This document shows positions 1-8,191 of a stretch of DNA of 32,000 nucleotides, in pieces; positions within the stretch are counted from its first letter, which is position 1, and each line of letters begins with the position of its first letter. The stretch is from Trichlorobacter lovleyi SZ. GTDB taxonomy: Bacteria > Desulfobacterota > Desulfuromonadia > Geobacterales > Pseudopelobacteraceae. Below the pieces are notes generated by a model. That model saw only the letters and a list, made by a program, of their open reading frames with translations, ran no database searches and had not been told where the DNA came from. The stretch spans positions 2,820,001 through 2,852,000 of the forward strand of contig NC_010814.1 in the NCBI RefSeq assembly GCF_000020385.1, in the 5' to 3' direction. The translations under genes and the position numbers were made by a program.

Positions 1-558
1 GGCACCCCTTTAAATGGCATACTGCTGGATATGCCGGTATTGATCAAGGCAACGCCGAGTGAGAAGCTCGCCAGTGAAGATATCCTCAAGGCGCTTCCCA
101 GCGCCTATCTGAACATCGCGCCAGCCACCGACACCATCAAGCTTCTGACCGCAAACGGCATGCAGGGCGTTGCCAGAACAGTCAGCGAGTTTGCTGAACT
201 CTGCAAAGGTTTTACGCCACGCATGGTTCGCCCCAAGGATCGCTACCCGCTTCATCTGCAGGCTCTGCTGACCGCAACCCCAGGCCAGGGCAGCCCGGAG
301 CAGACCGTTACCCTGAATGTCTCGTCCCAGGGCTGCTTCCTGTTCAGCAGCAACCCGGACTATCAGCTCAATCAGCAGGTAGAGATCCAGTTTATCGACC
401 TCGCAGACAAAGACCCGGTCAGGGCCACCATCTGCTGGCTGAGACGATGGGGTTCAGGCGAGCACCAGATACCGGGTATTGGTGTCAGCTTCGATACCCT
501 CAGCGAGACCCAACGTTCCGAGATCATCCGCCTGTTGGAACCGCTGCAACCGCACTGA
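1..558 (+). CDS. PilZ domain (c-di-GMP receptor) protein, possibly 5'-partial
   Basis: ORF 31..558. The same frame has no stop in bases 1..30, so the true start may lie upstream of the window. It carries both PilZ signatures: RPKDR (RxxxR), then about 25 aa later NVSSQG (D/NxSxxG). Confidence 0.75.
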   Translation, partial: GTPLNGILLDMPVLIKATPSEKLASEDILKALPSAYLNIAPATDTIKLLTANGMQGVARTVSEFAELCKGFTPRMVRPKDRYPLHLQALLTATPGQGSPEQTVTLNVSSQGCFLFSSNPDYQLNQQVEIQFIDLADKDPVRATICWLRRWGSGEHQIPGIGVSFDTLSETQRSEIIRLLEPLQPH

Positions 559-599
559 CCCCAAACCGTCAGATCACCCACAGACACACACAGGTGCCT

Positions 600-2132
600 A
601 TGCTGAGAACGGTAGTACATCATATGAAACTGCGCAGCAAACTGCTGTTGCTGGTGCTGCCGCTGGTCATCACCCCGATTATCGTGGTGGCGCTGGTGAC
701 CGGCTTTATTGCCAACCAGAAGGCCTATCTGGGCATCACCCAGACCAGCAAGGACGACCTGCAGCATATGGCTGATTTCACCATTGACCTGCTGCGTTCC
801 TACGACAAGCAGTACCAGGACTACCGCCAGGAGATATCCGGCGATCTGGAAAACGAACTGGCATCCCAGGCCTTTGCGGCCCTGAAGGCCAAAATCAAGA
901 ACAAGCGGGTCGGCAAGACCGGCTACATCTACTGTATTGACCGCAGCGGCACCCTGAAGATCCACCCCGAGGCCGAGGGGCGCACCATCATTGACGCCAA
1001 GGACTCCGACGGCAATCCGTTCATCCGCGAGATGGTTGAAAACAAAAGCGGCTGGATACGCTACCCCTGGGAGAACGTTGGCGACCAGAAACCGCGTATG
1101 AAAATAGTACGTTATGAATATTTTCCCACCTGGGACTGGATCGTGGCGGTCGGTTCCTATGAAGATGAGTTCTACAAGGAAGCCAATGCCATCAAGAGTC
1201 ACATCTTCCTCAGCACGCTTGTGCTGATCGGTGTGGTCGGCCTCCTGGCCACCCTGTTTGTCTTCTATGCCTCAACCGTGGCAACCAACCCGATCACCCA
1301 TATGATAGAGACCATCCGCAAGGTTAAAAGGGGCGATATGCAGGCACGGATGGAGGTGGTCGGCAGTGACGAACTGGCAGAGATGGCCACCGCCTTTAAC
1401 CATATGACCGACATCATCCAGCGTAACCAGGAGATGGAAAGCACCCTGGCGCAGCAGGGCAAGATGGCCTCCCTGGGGGTGCTCTCGTCAGGTGTGGCCC
1501 ATGAGATCAATAATCCGCTGGGGGTAATTCTGGGATATGCAGCCTATCTGGAAGGGAAGCTCTCCCCTGATGATCCGCATTACAAGTACATCCATGAAAT
1601 CAAGCGGGAAAGCAAACGCTGCAAGAAGATTGTACAGGATCTGCTCTCCTACGCCCGTACCCCGCGCCCCACACTTGAGATGACCGACCTGAACGAGCTG
1701 CTGACCGAAATCGTCGAGTTTGCAGCCAACCACACCGACATGCGGGGAGTCACGATCAAGCCGGAATTTGAGGCGAACCTGCCCAGGGTGCTGCTGGATG
1801 GCGATCAATTGCGCCAGGTCGCCATCAACCTGATCCTGAACGCCGGTGGTGCCATGCCTGAAGGCGGCACCCTGCAGATCAGAACTGAAGCCGGCCCGGA
1901 ACGGACTGTTAAAATCAGCTTCCAGGACACCGGTTGCGGCATCCCCCGGGAAAGCCTGGAAAAGATCTTTGAGCCGTTCTACACCACCAAGGCCCGCGGC
2001 ACCGGACTGGGGCTGGCCATCACCCGTCAGATCGTCGAGATGCATCACGGCGATATCACGATTGAAAGTGAGGCCGGTAAAGGAACCACCGTAACTGTCA
2101 TTTTACCAATTGACCATGAGGAACTGGCATGA
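600..2132 (+). CDS. Sensor histidine kinase (TM - periplasmic Cache-like domain - TM - HAMP - HisKA - HATPase_c)
   Basis: The ORF track starts at 447, but that would overlap the PilZ gene. ATG 600 (AGGTG just upstream) or ATG 624 (MKLRSKLLLLVLPLV TM) are the plausible starts. Motifs seen: Cache-like GYIYCIDRSGTL...WDWIVAVG, H-box SSGVAHEINNPL, N-box LILNAGGAM, G-boxes DTGCGIP and GTGLGLAI. Its stop overlaps the next start (ATGA). Confidence 0.9.
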   Translation: MLRTVVHHMKLRSKLLLLVLPLVITPIIVVALVTGFIANQKAYLGITQTSKDDLQHMADFTIDLLRSYDKQYQDYRQEISGDLENELASQAFAALKAKIKNKRVGKTGYIYCIDRSGTLKIHPEAEGRTIIDAKDSDGNPFIREMVENKSGWIRYPWENVGDQKPRMKIVRYEYFPTWDWIVAVGSYEDEFYKEANAIKSHIFLSTLVLIGVVGLLATLFVFYASTVATNPITHMIETIRKVKRGDMQARMEVVGSDELAEMATAFNHMTDIIQRNQEMESTLAQQGKMASLGVLSSGVAHEINNPLGVILGYAAYLEGKLSPDDPHYKYIHEIKRESKRCKKIVQDLLSYARTPRPTLEMTDLNELLTEIVEFAANHTDMRGVTIKPEFEANLPRVLLDGDQLRQVAINLILNAGGAMPEGGTLQIRTEAGPERTVKISFQDTGCGIPRESLEKIFEPFYTTKARGTGLGLAITRQIVEMHHGDITIESEAGKGTTVTVILPIDHEELA

Positions 2133-3532
2133 CCGATAAACAGCGTATTCTGCTGATCGATAACGAGGAAGGCCTCTGCCGGATGATGGAACAGGTGCTG
2201 TTGGACAGCGGCTATCTGGTGCGGGCTTATACCAGCCCGGTCAAGGCGATGGAGGAGTTTTCGGCCGCTGCCTGGGACCTGGTGATTACCGACATCAAGA
2301 TGCCGGGGATGACGGGACTTGAGGTGCTGCAGCGGGTCAAGGAGAAGTGCCGTGATCTGCCGGTGATCATCATCACCGCCTATGCCACGGTTGAGATGTC
2401 GATTCAGGCCCTGCGCAAGGGTGCCTACGACATGCTGACCAAGCCGTTTGAGCCGGACGAACTGGTCTTCCGGGTCAAAAACGCCCTGCAGCAGGCCCAG
2501 CTGACTGAAGAAAACCGGGAACTGCGGCGTGAGATCGAAGAAAAGCTGCAGTTTGACAATATCATCGGCTCATCAGGGGCCCTGCGCAATGTGCTGGACA
2601 AGGTGGCCAAAGTGGCGGGCAGGGACACCTCGATCCTGATTACCGGTGAATCAGGCACCGGCAAGGAACTGATCGCCCAGGCGGTACATATTCACTCCAA
2701 CCGCAAAGAAGGCAGGTTCATGGCGGTCAACTGCGGTGGACTGCCGGAAAGCATCCTGGAAAGTGAGCTGTTCGGCTATCGCAAAGGGGCCTTTACCGGC
2801 GCCGCCGAAAACCGCCAGGGGCTGCTGGAGGCAGCGGATGGCGGCACCCTGTTTCTGGATGAGGTGGGCAACCTGCCGATGAACGTCCAGAAGACCCTGT
2901 TGCGCTTTCTGCAGGAAAAGGAGTTTCGCCGGGTGGGTGACACCAACTCTACCAGGGTGGATGTACGGATCATCTCGGCCACCAACGCCGACCTGAAGGA
3001 AGGGGTCCGGACCGGTACATTCCGGGAGGATCTCTACTACCGCCTGAATGTGGTCAACCTGCACCTCCCCCCCCTGCGGGACCGGATCGATGACATTCCG
3101 CTGCTGGCTGCCCATTTCATCCACCTGCAAAACCAGAAATTCGGCACGGCGGTCAAGGCGTTTGAGCGGGATGCAATGCAGATTCTCTGTACCTTTGAGT
3201 GGCCCGGCAACATCCGCCAGCTGCGTAACGTGATTGAGGCCTGCATGGCCATGGAGGCGAGCGACTATATCAGCCTGGACACCCTGGGACAGGTGATTGA
3301 TCTGCCGGAAGGCCGGATCGTGCCGGCAACGGTCCAGGCCGGGCCGGTCCTGTCCGATGATCTGCCGTTTACCGAGGCGCTGGAACGGTTTGAACGGGAT
3401 CTGCTGCGTGACCTGCTGAAAAAGCATGGCGGCGCTGTGGACAGTGCCGCCAGGGAGGCCGGTATGAACGTGGCCACGCTGTACCGCAAGATCAAGCGCT
3501 ACGGCCTGAAGAAGGAAGAGTACGCCGACTGA
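2129..3532 (+). CDS. Sigma54-dependent response regulator, NtrC/Fis family (REC - AAA+ - HTH)
   Basis: Receiver domain with LVITDIKMPGM. Walker A GESGTGKE, the sigma54-contact GAFTGA loop, and a C-terminal Fis-type HTH (AAREAGMNVATLYRKIKRYGL). Has a 4-nt ATGA overlap with the kinase gene. Confidence 0.95.
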   Translation: MTDKQRILLIDNEEGLCRMMEQVLLDSGYLVRAYTSPVKAMEEFSAAAWDLVITDIKMPGMTGLEVLQRVKEKCRDLPVIIITAYATVEMSIQALRKGAYDMLTKPFEPDELVFRVKNALQQAQLTEENRELRREIEEKLQFDNIIGSSGALRNVLDKVAKVAGRDTSILITGESGTGKELIAQAVHIHSNRKEGRFMAVNCGGLPESILESELFGYRKGAFTGAAENRQGLLEAADGGTLFLDEVGNLPMNVQKTLLRFLQEKEFRRVGDTNSTRVDVRIISATNADLKEGVRTGTFREDLYYRLNVVNLHLPPLRDRIDDIPLLAAHFIHLQNQKFGTAVKAFERDAMQILCTFEWPGNIRQLRNVIEACMAMEASDYISLDTLGQVIDLPEGRIVPATVQAGPVLSDDLPFTEALERFERDLLRDLLKKHGGAVDSAAREAGMNVATLYRKIKRYGLKKEEYAD

Positions 3533-3579
3533 TCCTGAAAGCTTCTGCTTGCAGTTACGATAAAAATCAAATACAAGAC

Positions 3580-5976
3580 TTGATCAATCCTTTTTCAAAA
3601 GGGCGTGATCCGGTGCCGACTACTCCCGTTGCAACTCTCCACCTTCGAAAGTGTGCCTGCCGGCTGTTCATGGCGCTGATCGCATCATGTCTGCTGCTGG
3701 TCACTGGTGTTTCCCCGGCATCCGGCAGCCAGGTTCAGCACTACCAGGAATCGCAGCTTCCATCCGTTCAGCACGTCCAGCTCAGCCCTGCTGAAAAGCA
3801 TTACCTTGAGCAGCTCGGTCCGATTACCGTCTGCCCTGATCCTGACTGGGTTCCCTACGAACAGATGGATGCCCGGGGCAACTTTACCGGTATCGCAGCA
3901 GATCTGCTGAACCTGATTGCACAGCGGCTCGGCATCAGTTTCCGTTATGTCAAGGCCAAGGACTGGGATGAGGCGGTTGCCCTCTCCCAAGCTGGCAAGG
4001 TGCTGCTGCTCCCCTTTCTGAACCAGTCACCGAAACGCGAACAGTGGCTTACCTTTACCGAACCGCTGTTCAGCGACCCCAACGTCTTCATCACCCGCGA
4101 AGAGCACCCGTTCATTACCGATGCAGCCCTGCTGAAAGACAGGACCATAGCCGTTCCCAGCGGCACCTCGATTGAGGAAAAGGTCCGCCGCGACTATCCC
4201 AACCTGAAGATTCTGAACACCGGCAACTCGGAGGCCGAGGTATTCAAAGCGGTTGCTGAACGTCGAGCTGATCTTACCCTGCGTTCATTAACTCTATCAG
4301 CCTATACCATCCGCAAGGGGGGCTGGTTTACCCTCAAGATCGCCGGTCAGGCACCTGACGAATATGTCAACCGCCTGCGGATCGGTGTGCTCAAGACGGA
4401 GCCGATGCTGCGGGATATCCTGAACAGGGGCATTGCCACCATTACCCCCCATGAGCGCGAAGAGATTGTCAACCGCCATGTCAACATTACGGTGGTCAAG
4501 CCGATGGACTACGGCTTTATCATGAGGATTGCCGCTCTTCTGGCAACCCTGATCGCTCTTTCGCTCTACTGGAATCTCCGCCTCAAACGGATCAATGCCG
4601 CACTGCAGGAAAGCGAGCGTAGCAAATCGGTCCTGCTGGCAAACCTGCCGGGTATGGCCTACCGCTGCCGGCTTGACCGTGACTGGACCATGGAATTTCT
4701 CTCCGACGGCTGTCTGATGCTGACCGGCTACTGCAGCGATGATCTGGTGCAGAACAGACGCCTCTCCTTCAACGACCTGATTGTTCCGGAATACCGGGAC
4801 CAACTCTGGGAGGCCTGGCAGCAGGCGGTCCGGGACCGCCAACCGGTACGGCTTGAATACCGGATCATGACCGCCGACAATAAAGAGAAATGGGTACTTG
4901 AGCAGGGTGTGCCGGTCTTTGACACCGAAGGTAGCGTACAGGCCCTTGAGGGGATCATTGTCGACATCAGTGAGCTCAAACAGATTGAGGCGCAGATACA
5001 GCATCTGGCCAGCTATGACAACCTGACCAGCCTTCCCAACCGGGCGCTCTTCAGCGACCGGATTGATCGGGCCCTGCTGTCTGCACAGCGCAACAGCTCC
5101 AAACTGGCGCTCTTTTTCATCGACCTTGACCAGTTCAAGCCGATCAACGATGAGCTGGGCCATGATACCGGTGACTGGCTGTTACAGGCAGCTGCGCAGC
5201 GGATGGCCGAGTCGGTGCGGGAATCTGACACGGTTGCCAGAATTGGCGGCGACGAGTTTGCCGTACTGCTGCAGAACATCGCCACAGCACAGGATGCCCG
5301 CACTGTGGCAGAGAAGATACGTACAACCCTCAACCGCCCTTTTATCACGCCGAGTGGAGTAACCCTGCATATTTCCTGCAGCATCGGCGTTGCCCTCTAC
5401 CCTGAGGATGGCGACAATCAGCGCGACCTGCTCCGCGCTGCAGATGAGGCGATGTACCGCGCAAAAAAAAGGGGACGCAATGCGGTTGAACTGTGCCAGC
5501 CGCTCGGATCACAGGCCGGGCCGGCCGCCAGCCGATCAATCATCAGGCTGGCCTGGAAGGCGGAGTACCTTAGTGGTGAGCCGGGTATTGACGCAGAGCA
5601 CCAGCAGCTGTTCCGGATGGCCAACCAGCTCTTTGAACAGGCAGCCTCACAAAAAAGTGACCCCGCAGGTTTTAACGCAGCTCTGGATGATCTGTTGCAG
5701 CATGTCACCTCACATTTTGACAACGAAGAGGCCTTGCTGAGACGGATCGGCTATAGCGAGCTTGAAGAACATGTCCGTCAGCATAGCCAACTGAAAGAAC
5801 AGGCCGTCAGCTTGAGGCAGGTTGCTGACAAACGGGAGATTTCAACCGGTGAACTGGTGGACTTCCTGGCCATCAGGGTGGTGCATGAACACCTGCTGGA
5901 GGCTGACCGGAACTATTTTCCTCTGCTGAGGCCGCTTGCCCCCGCCCAGGACTCTACCCCTGGAGCCTCCAGCTGA
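3580..5976 (+). CDS. Diguanylate cyclase: periplasmic solute-binding (SBP_bac_3-like) domain - TM - PAS - GGDEF - C-terminal hemerythrin-like domain
   Basis: GGDEF active site ARIGGDEF with an RESD I-site 5 aa upstream. The C-terminus carries hemerythrin-type His/Glu motifs (DAEHQQLF, HVTSHFDNEE, EEHVRQH, VVHEHLLEAD). The N-terminus reads as signal/TM (RKCACRLFMALIASCLLLV) followed by an amino-acid-binding-protein-like domain. The start is uncertain: TTG 3580, in-frame GTG 3613, or ATG 3670. Confidence 0.88.
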   Translation: MINPFSKGRDPVPTTPVATLHLRKCACRLFMALIASCLLLVTGVSPASGSQVQHYQESQLPSVQHVQLSPAEKHYLEQLGPITVCPDPDWVPYEQMDARGNFTGIAADLLNLIAQRLGISFRYVKAKDWDEAVALSQAGKVLLLPFLNQSPKREQWLTFTEPLFSDPNVFITREEHPFITDAALLKDRTIAVPSGTSIEEKVRRDYPNLKILNTGNSEAEVFKAVAERRADLTLRSLTLSAYTIRKGGWFTLKIAGQAPDEYVNRLRIGVLKTEPMLRDILNRGIATITPHEREEIVNRHVNITVVKPMDYGFIMRIAALLATLIALSLYWNLRLKRINAALQESERSKSVLLANLPGMAYRCRLDRDWTMEFLSDGCLMLTGYCSDDLVQNRRLSFNDLIVPEYRDQLWEAWQQAVRDRQPVRLEYRIMTADNKEKWVLEQGVPVFDTEGSVQALEGIIVDISELKQIEAQIQHLASYDNLTSLPNRALFSDRIDRALLSAQRNSSKLALFFIDLDQFKPINDELGHDTGDWLLQAAAQRMAESVRESDTVARIGGDEFAVLLQNIATAQDARTVAEKIRTTLNRPFITPSGVTLHISCSIGVALYPEDGDNQRDLLRAADEAMYRAKKRGRNAVELCQPLGSQAGPAASRSIIRLAWKAEYLSGEPGIDAEHQQLFRMANQLFEQAASQKSDPAGFNAALDDLLQHVTSHFDNEEALLRRIGYSELEEHVRQHSQLKEQAVSLRQVADKREISTGELVDFLAIRVVHEHLLEADRNYFPLLRPLAPAQDSTPGASS

Positions 5977-7301
5977 TGCGGGCTCCCGTGCTGATTGGTG
6001 CAGCAGCTGCATTACTGACCTGGTCAAACGTGGCACAGGCTGCAGAGAGCGACACCCGCTTGCTCCGGCAGTTGCAGGAAACCATCCGGCAGCAACAGCA
6101 GGTGCTGCAGCAACAGGCGGCACAGCTCCAGGGGCAGGCCGAACAGATCCGGCAGCAGGCAGACCAGCTGCAGAAACTGCAGCAGCAGGTCAGCAACCTG
6201 TTGCACAAGGCTGCAGAGCAACCATCAGACCCGGTGGCGCTCACCAAGCCGGAACCGGCTTTCCGGCAACCTCCCCCGGCAGTTGTTGCCCCGGGTAACG
6301 ACAGAATCAAGCTGACCCTCTCCGGTCAGATCAACCGCGCCATCAATGTTGTATCGGACGGCAGCGGAACCAGCGTCTACCATGTTGACAACAACGTCTC
6401 CAACTCACGTTTCAGACTGACAGGGGTCGCTGAGCTCAGCAATGAGCTGACCCTGGGCACCCGGCTGGAAATGGCCTTTACGGCAGATGAATCCTCAAAG
6501 GTCTCGCAGGATAACCAGGCGCCCGGTACCTACGTGAATGCCCGCTGGGCAGACATCTCACTGGCCAGCAAACACTTTGGCAAACTTTCTCTGGGCAAGG
6601 GCTACACCGCCTCCTACTTCACCGCTGGTTCCGACCTCTCCAAAACCGATATCGTGCTCTATTCGTCTGTGGCCGACATCGCCGGCGGGCTGAAGTTCCG
6701 CAGCAAAGACGGTCAGTTGACCGGCATAACCCTGTCAGACGTCTTTACCGATTACGACGGCCTGAATGTCAAATCCCGGTTGCGCTACGACAGCCCAACC
6801 CTGTACGGCTTCCATCTGGCCGGTTCACTTGTGTCAGGCCAGCGTTCGGATCTGGGGCTGTTTTGGGGGGGAGAAGGGTACGGTTTTCAGGGGGCAGCCA
6901 GTTTTGGCCTGGCAAATCCACGTCTTGAAGACAGCCGTCTGCAGTATGACGGTTCCTGTTCACTGCTCCATACTGCAAGCGGCCTAAACCTGACTCTCTC
7001 CAGCGGCATGCTGGAAAAAAAGAGCGAGCGGAACGCCTTCAGCTACTACGCGAAACTGGGCTGGCTGGCCAACCTGACCAGCCAGGGCAGCACCGCCTTT
7101 GGGGTTGACTTTTCCCGTTCCGAAAACGGATCCTCATCGGGCGACCGGGGCAGTTCGGTCGGGGCTGCAGTGGTACAGGAGTTTAAAAAGGCCGCCACCG
7201 AGCTGTACCTGCAGTACCGGGTCTATTCACTCCACAGGGGGGACGGCACCCCGCTCTACGACATCAATGCCGGCACTTTGGGGGTCAGGGTCAAATTCTG
7301 A
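5976..7301 (+). CDS. Outer-membrane porin-like beta-barrel protein with N-terminal Gln-rich coiled coil
   Basis: Signal peptide MRAPVLIGAAAALLTWSNVAQA. Next comes a heptad-like Q/L-rich stretch of about 55 aa. The remaining ~340 aa have alternating amphipathic strands and end in a C-terminal Phe (LGVRVKF), as is typical of OM barrels. The start overlaps the DGC stop (TGATG). Confidence 0.7.
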   Translation: MRAPVLIGAAAALLTWSNVAQAAESDTRLLRQLQETIRQQQQVLQQQAAQLQGQAEQIRQQADQLQKLQQQVSNLLHKAAEQPSDPVALTKPEPAFRQPPPAVVAPGNDRIKLTLSGQINRAINVVSDGSGTSVYHVDNNVSNSRFRLTGVAELSNELTLGTRLEMAFTADESSKVSQDNQAPGTYVNARWADISLASKHFGKLSLGKGYTASYFTAGSDLSKTDIVLYSSVADIAGGLKFRSKDGQLTGITLSDVFTDYDGLNVKSRLRYDSPTLYGFHLAGSLVSGQRSDLGLFWGGEGYGFQGAASFGLANPRLEDSRLQYDGSCSLLHTASGLNLTLSSGMLEKKSERNAFSYYAKLGWLANLTSQGSTAFGVDFSRSENGSSSGDRGSSVGAAVVQEFKKAATELYLQYRVYSLHRGDGTPLYDINAGTLGVRVKF

Positions 7302-7339
7302 TCCGCCTTTACCGCTTCGCACAACGTCCAACACCGCAT

Positions 7340-7648
7340 TTACTGCTGATCACCGCTCCCGCCGCCGTACATATCCAGCCATTGCTGCTGGGGTGTACGG
7401 CTATCACCGTATTGTACGACCACACCATCCTCACGCTGGTATGAACATGACCAGCCGGGCCGGTCTGCCTTGTCAAAGGTGGGGTAGTCACGGGGATGTT
7501 CCAGCGGATCGTACGGTTCAGAATAATTGCTCCAGTCCGTTGGCCGCGGGCAGCGTTCATCTCCGCGGTAGTCACCGGCAGCAAACGCCTGTACTCCCAA
7601 ACTTACGGCTATAATCATAAAGGCCAATTGCACGATTCTTTTTAACAT
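7340..7648 (-). CDS. Small secreted hypothetical protein (102 aa)
   Basis: Clear Sec-type signal peptide MLKRIVQLAFMIIAVSLGVQAFA. The mature part has 2 Cys, is Pro/Asp/Tyr-rich, and carries no motif I recognise. GGAAGGGGG lies upstream of the ATG. Confidence 0.55.
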   Translation of the reverse strand: MLKRIVQLAFMIIAVSLGVQAFAAGDYRGDERCPRPTDWSNYSEPYDPLEHPRDYPTFDKADRPGWSCSYQREDGVVVQYGDSRTPQQQWLDMYGGGSGDQQ

Positions 7649-7716
7649 GGCACAGGCCCCCTTCCAGTTTCATAGTTTCCATGAGTAAAGTCTAACATAA
7701 TTCCCGATTCATGTGA

Positions 7717-8112
7717 TCAGGAAAATGCCAGCCTGATCTGGCGTTGACGTGGCCCATCAAACTCACAGAAGTAGACCCCCTGCCAGGTTCCCAGCCAGAG
7801 CCGTCCTGCCCTGACAATCACCTGCACCGAAGAACCGAACAGACTGGCCTTGATATGGGCGTCTGAATTGCCTTCAGCATGACGGAAACCGGAAACGTCC
7901 GGCACCAGCTGCTGCATGAACCAGGTCATGTCGCCGGCCACATCAGGATCTGCATTCTCGTTGATGGTAACCCCGGCGGTGGTATGGGGCACAAAGACCG
8001 TCAGGATGCCATCCTGCCAGCCGCGTTGCTGCAGCAGCTCGGTCACCTGCCCGGTGATCGGCACCATCACATATTTCTGTCCCGTCCTGATCTGAAGTTC
8101 GGCAGTCTCCAT
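7717..8112 (-). CDS. yjbQ: YjbQ/UPF0047 family protein (secondary thiamine-phosphate synthase type)
   Basis: 131 aa with the family-typical HTTAGVTINENADPDV, NSDAHIKASL and LGTWQGVYFCEFDGPR blocks. AGGAGG RBS lies upstream. Confidence 0.85.
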   Translation of the reverse strand: METAELQIRTGQKYVMVPITGQVTELLQQRGWQDGILTVFVPHTTAGVTINENADPDVAGDMTWFMQQLVPDVSGFRHAEGNSDAHIKASLFGSSVQVIVRAGRLWLGTWQGVYFCEFDGPRQRQIRLAFS

Positions 8113-8127
8113 GGCACCTCCTGATAC

Positions 8128-8163
8128 GCAAAAGGGGCAAAAACCATCGGTTCATGCCCCTCT
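8128..8163 (-). terminator. Weak intrinsic terminator candidate after ilvE
   Basis: On the minus strand, AGGGGCA ... TGCCCCT forms a stem (8133-8139 / 8155-8161) followed by only TTTT. It lies between the ilvE stop and the yjbQ RBS. Confidence 0.35.
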
Positions 8164-8191
8164 GCAGGTCATAGCACTGGCACAACGACGG

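Noticed and set aside
3537-3556. Hairpin CTGAAAGC-TTCT-GCTTGCAG after the response-regulator gene, considered as a terminator.
   Set aside because: It has an 8-bp stem with a mismatch and no following T-run, so it is too weak to call. The regulator and DGC genes may or may not be co-transcribed.
3533-3669. Search for a sigma54 promoter (TGGCAC-N5-TTGC) downstream of the sigma54 activator. Candidates were CTGCTTGCA near 3547 and GGTGCC...GTTGCA near 3610; other intergenic regions were also scanned.
   Set aside because: GG-to-GC spacing is wrong in every candidate (e.g. 19 nt instead of 12), and the -24 element is absent at 3547. TGGCAC strings elsewhere (e.g. 19430, 23007, 8171) are inside genes or lack a -12 element.
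6045-6210. CAG/CAA-rich repetitive DNA, considered as a tandem repeat or array.
   Set aside because: It is in frame within the porin ORF and encodes the Gln-rich coiled coil. There is no fixed repeat unit or spacer structure.
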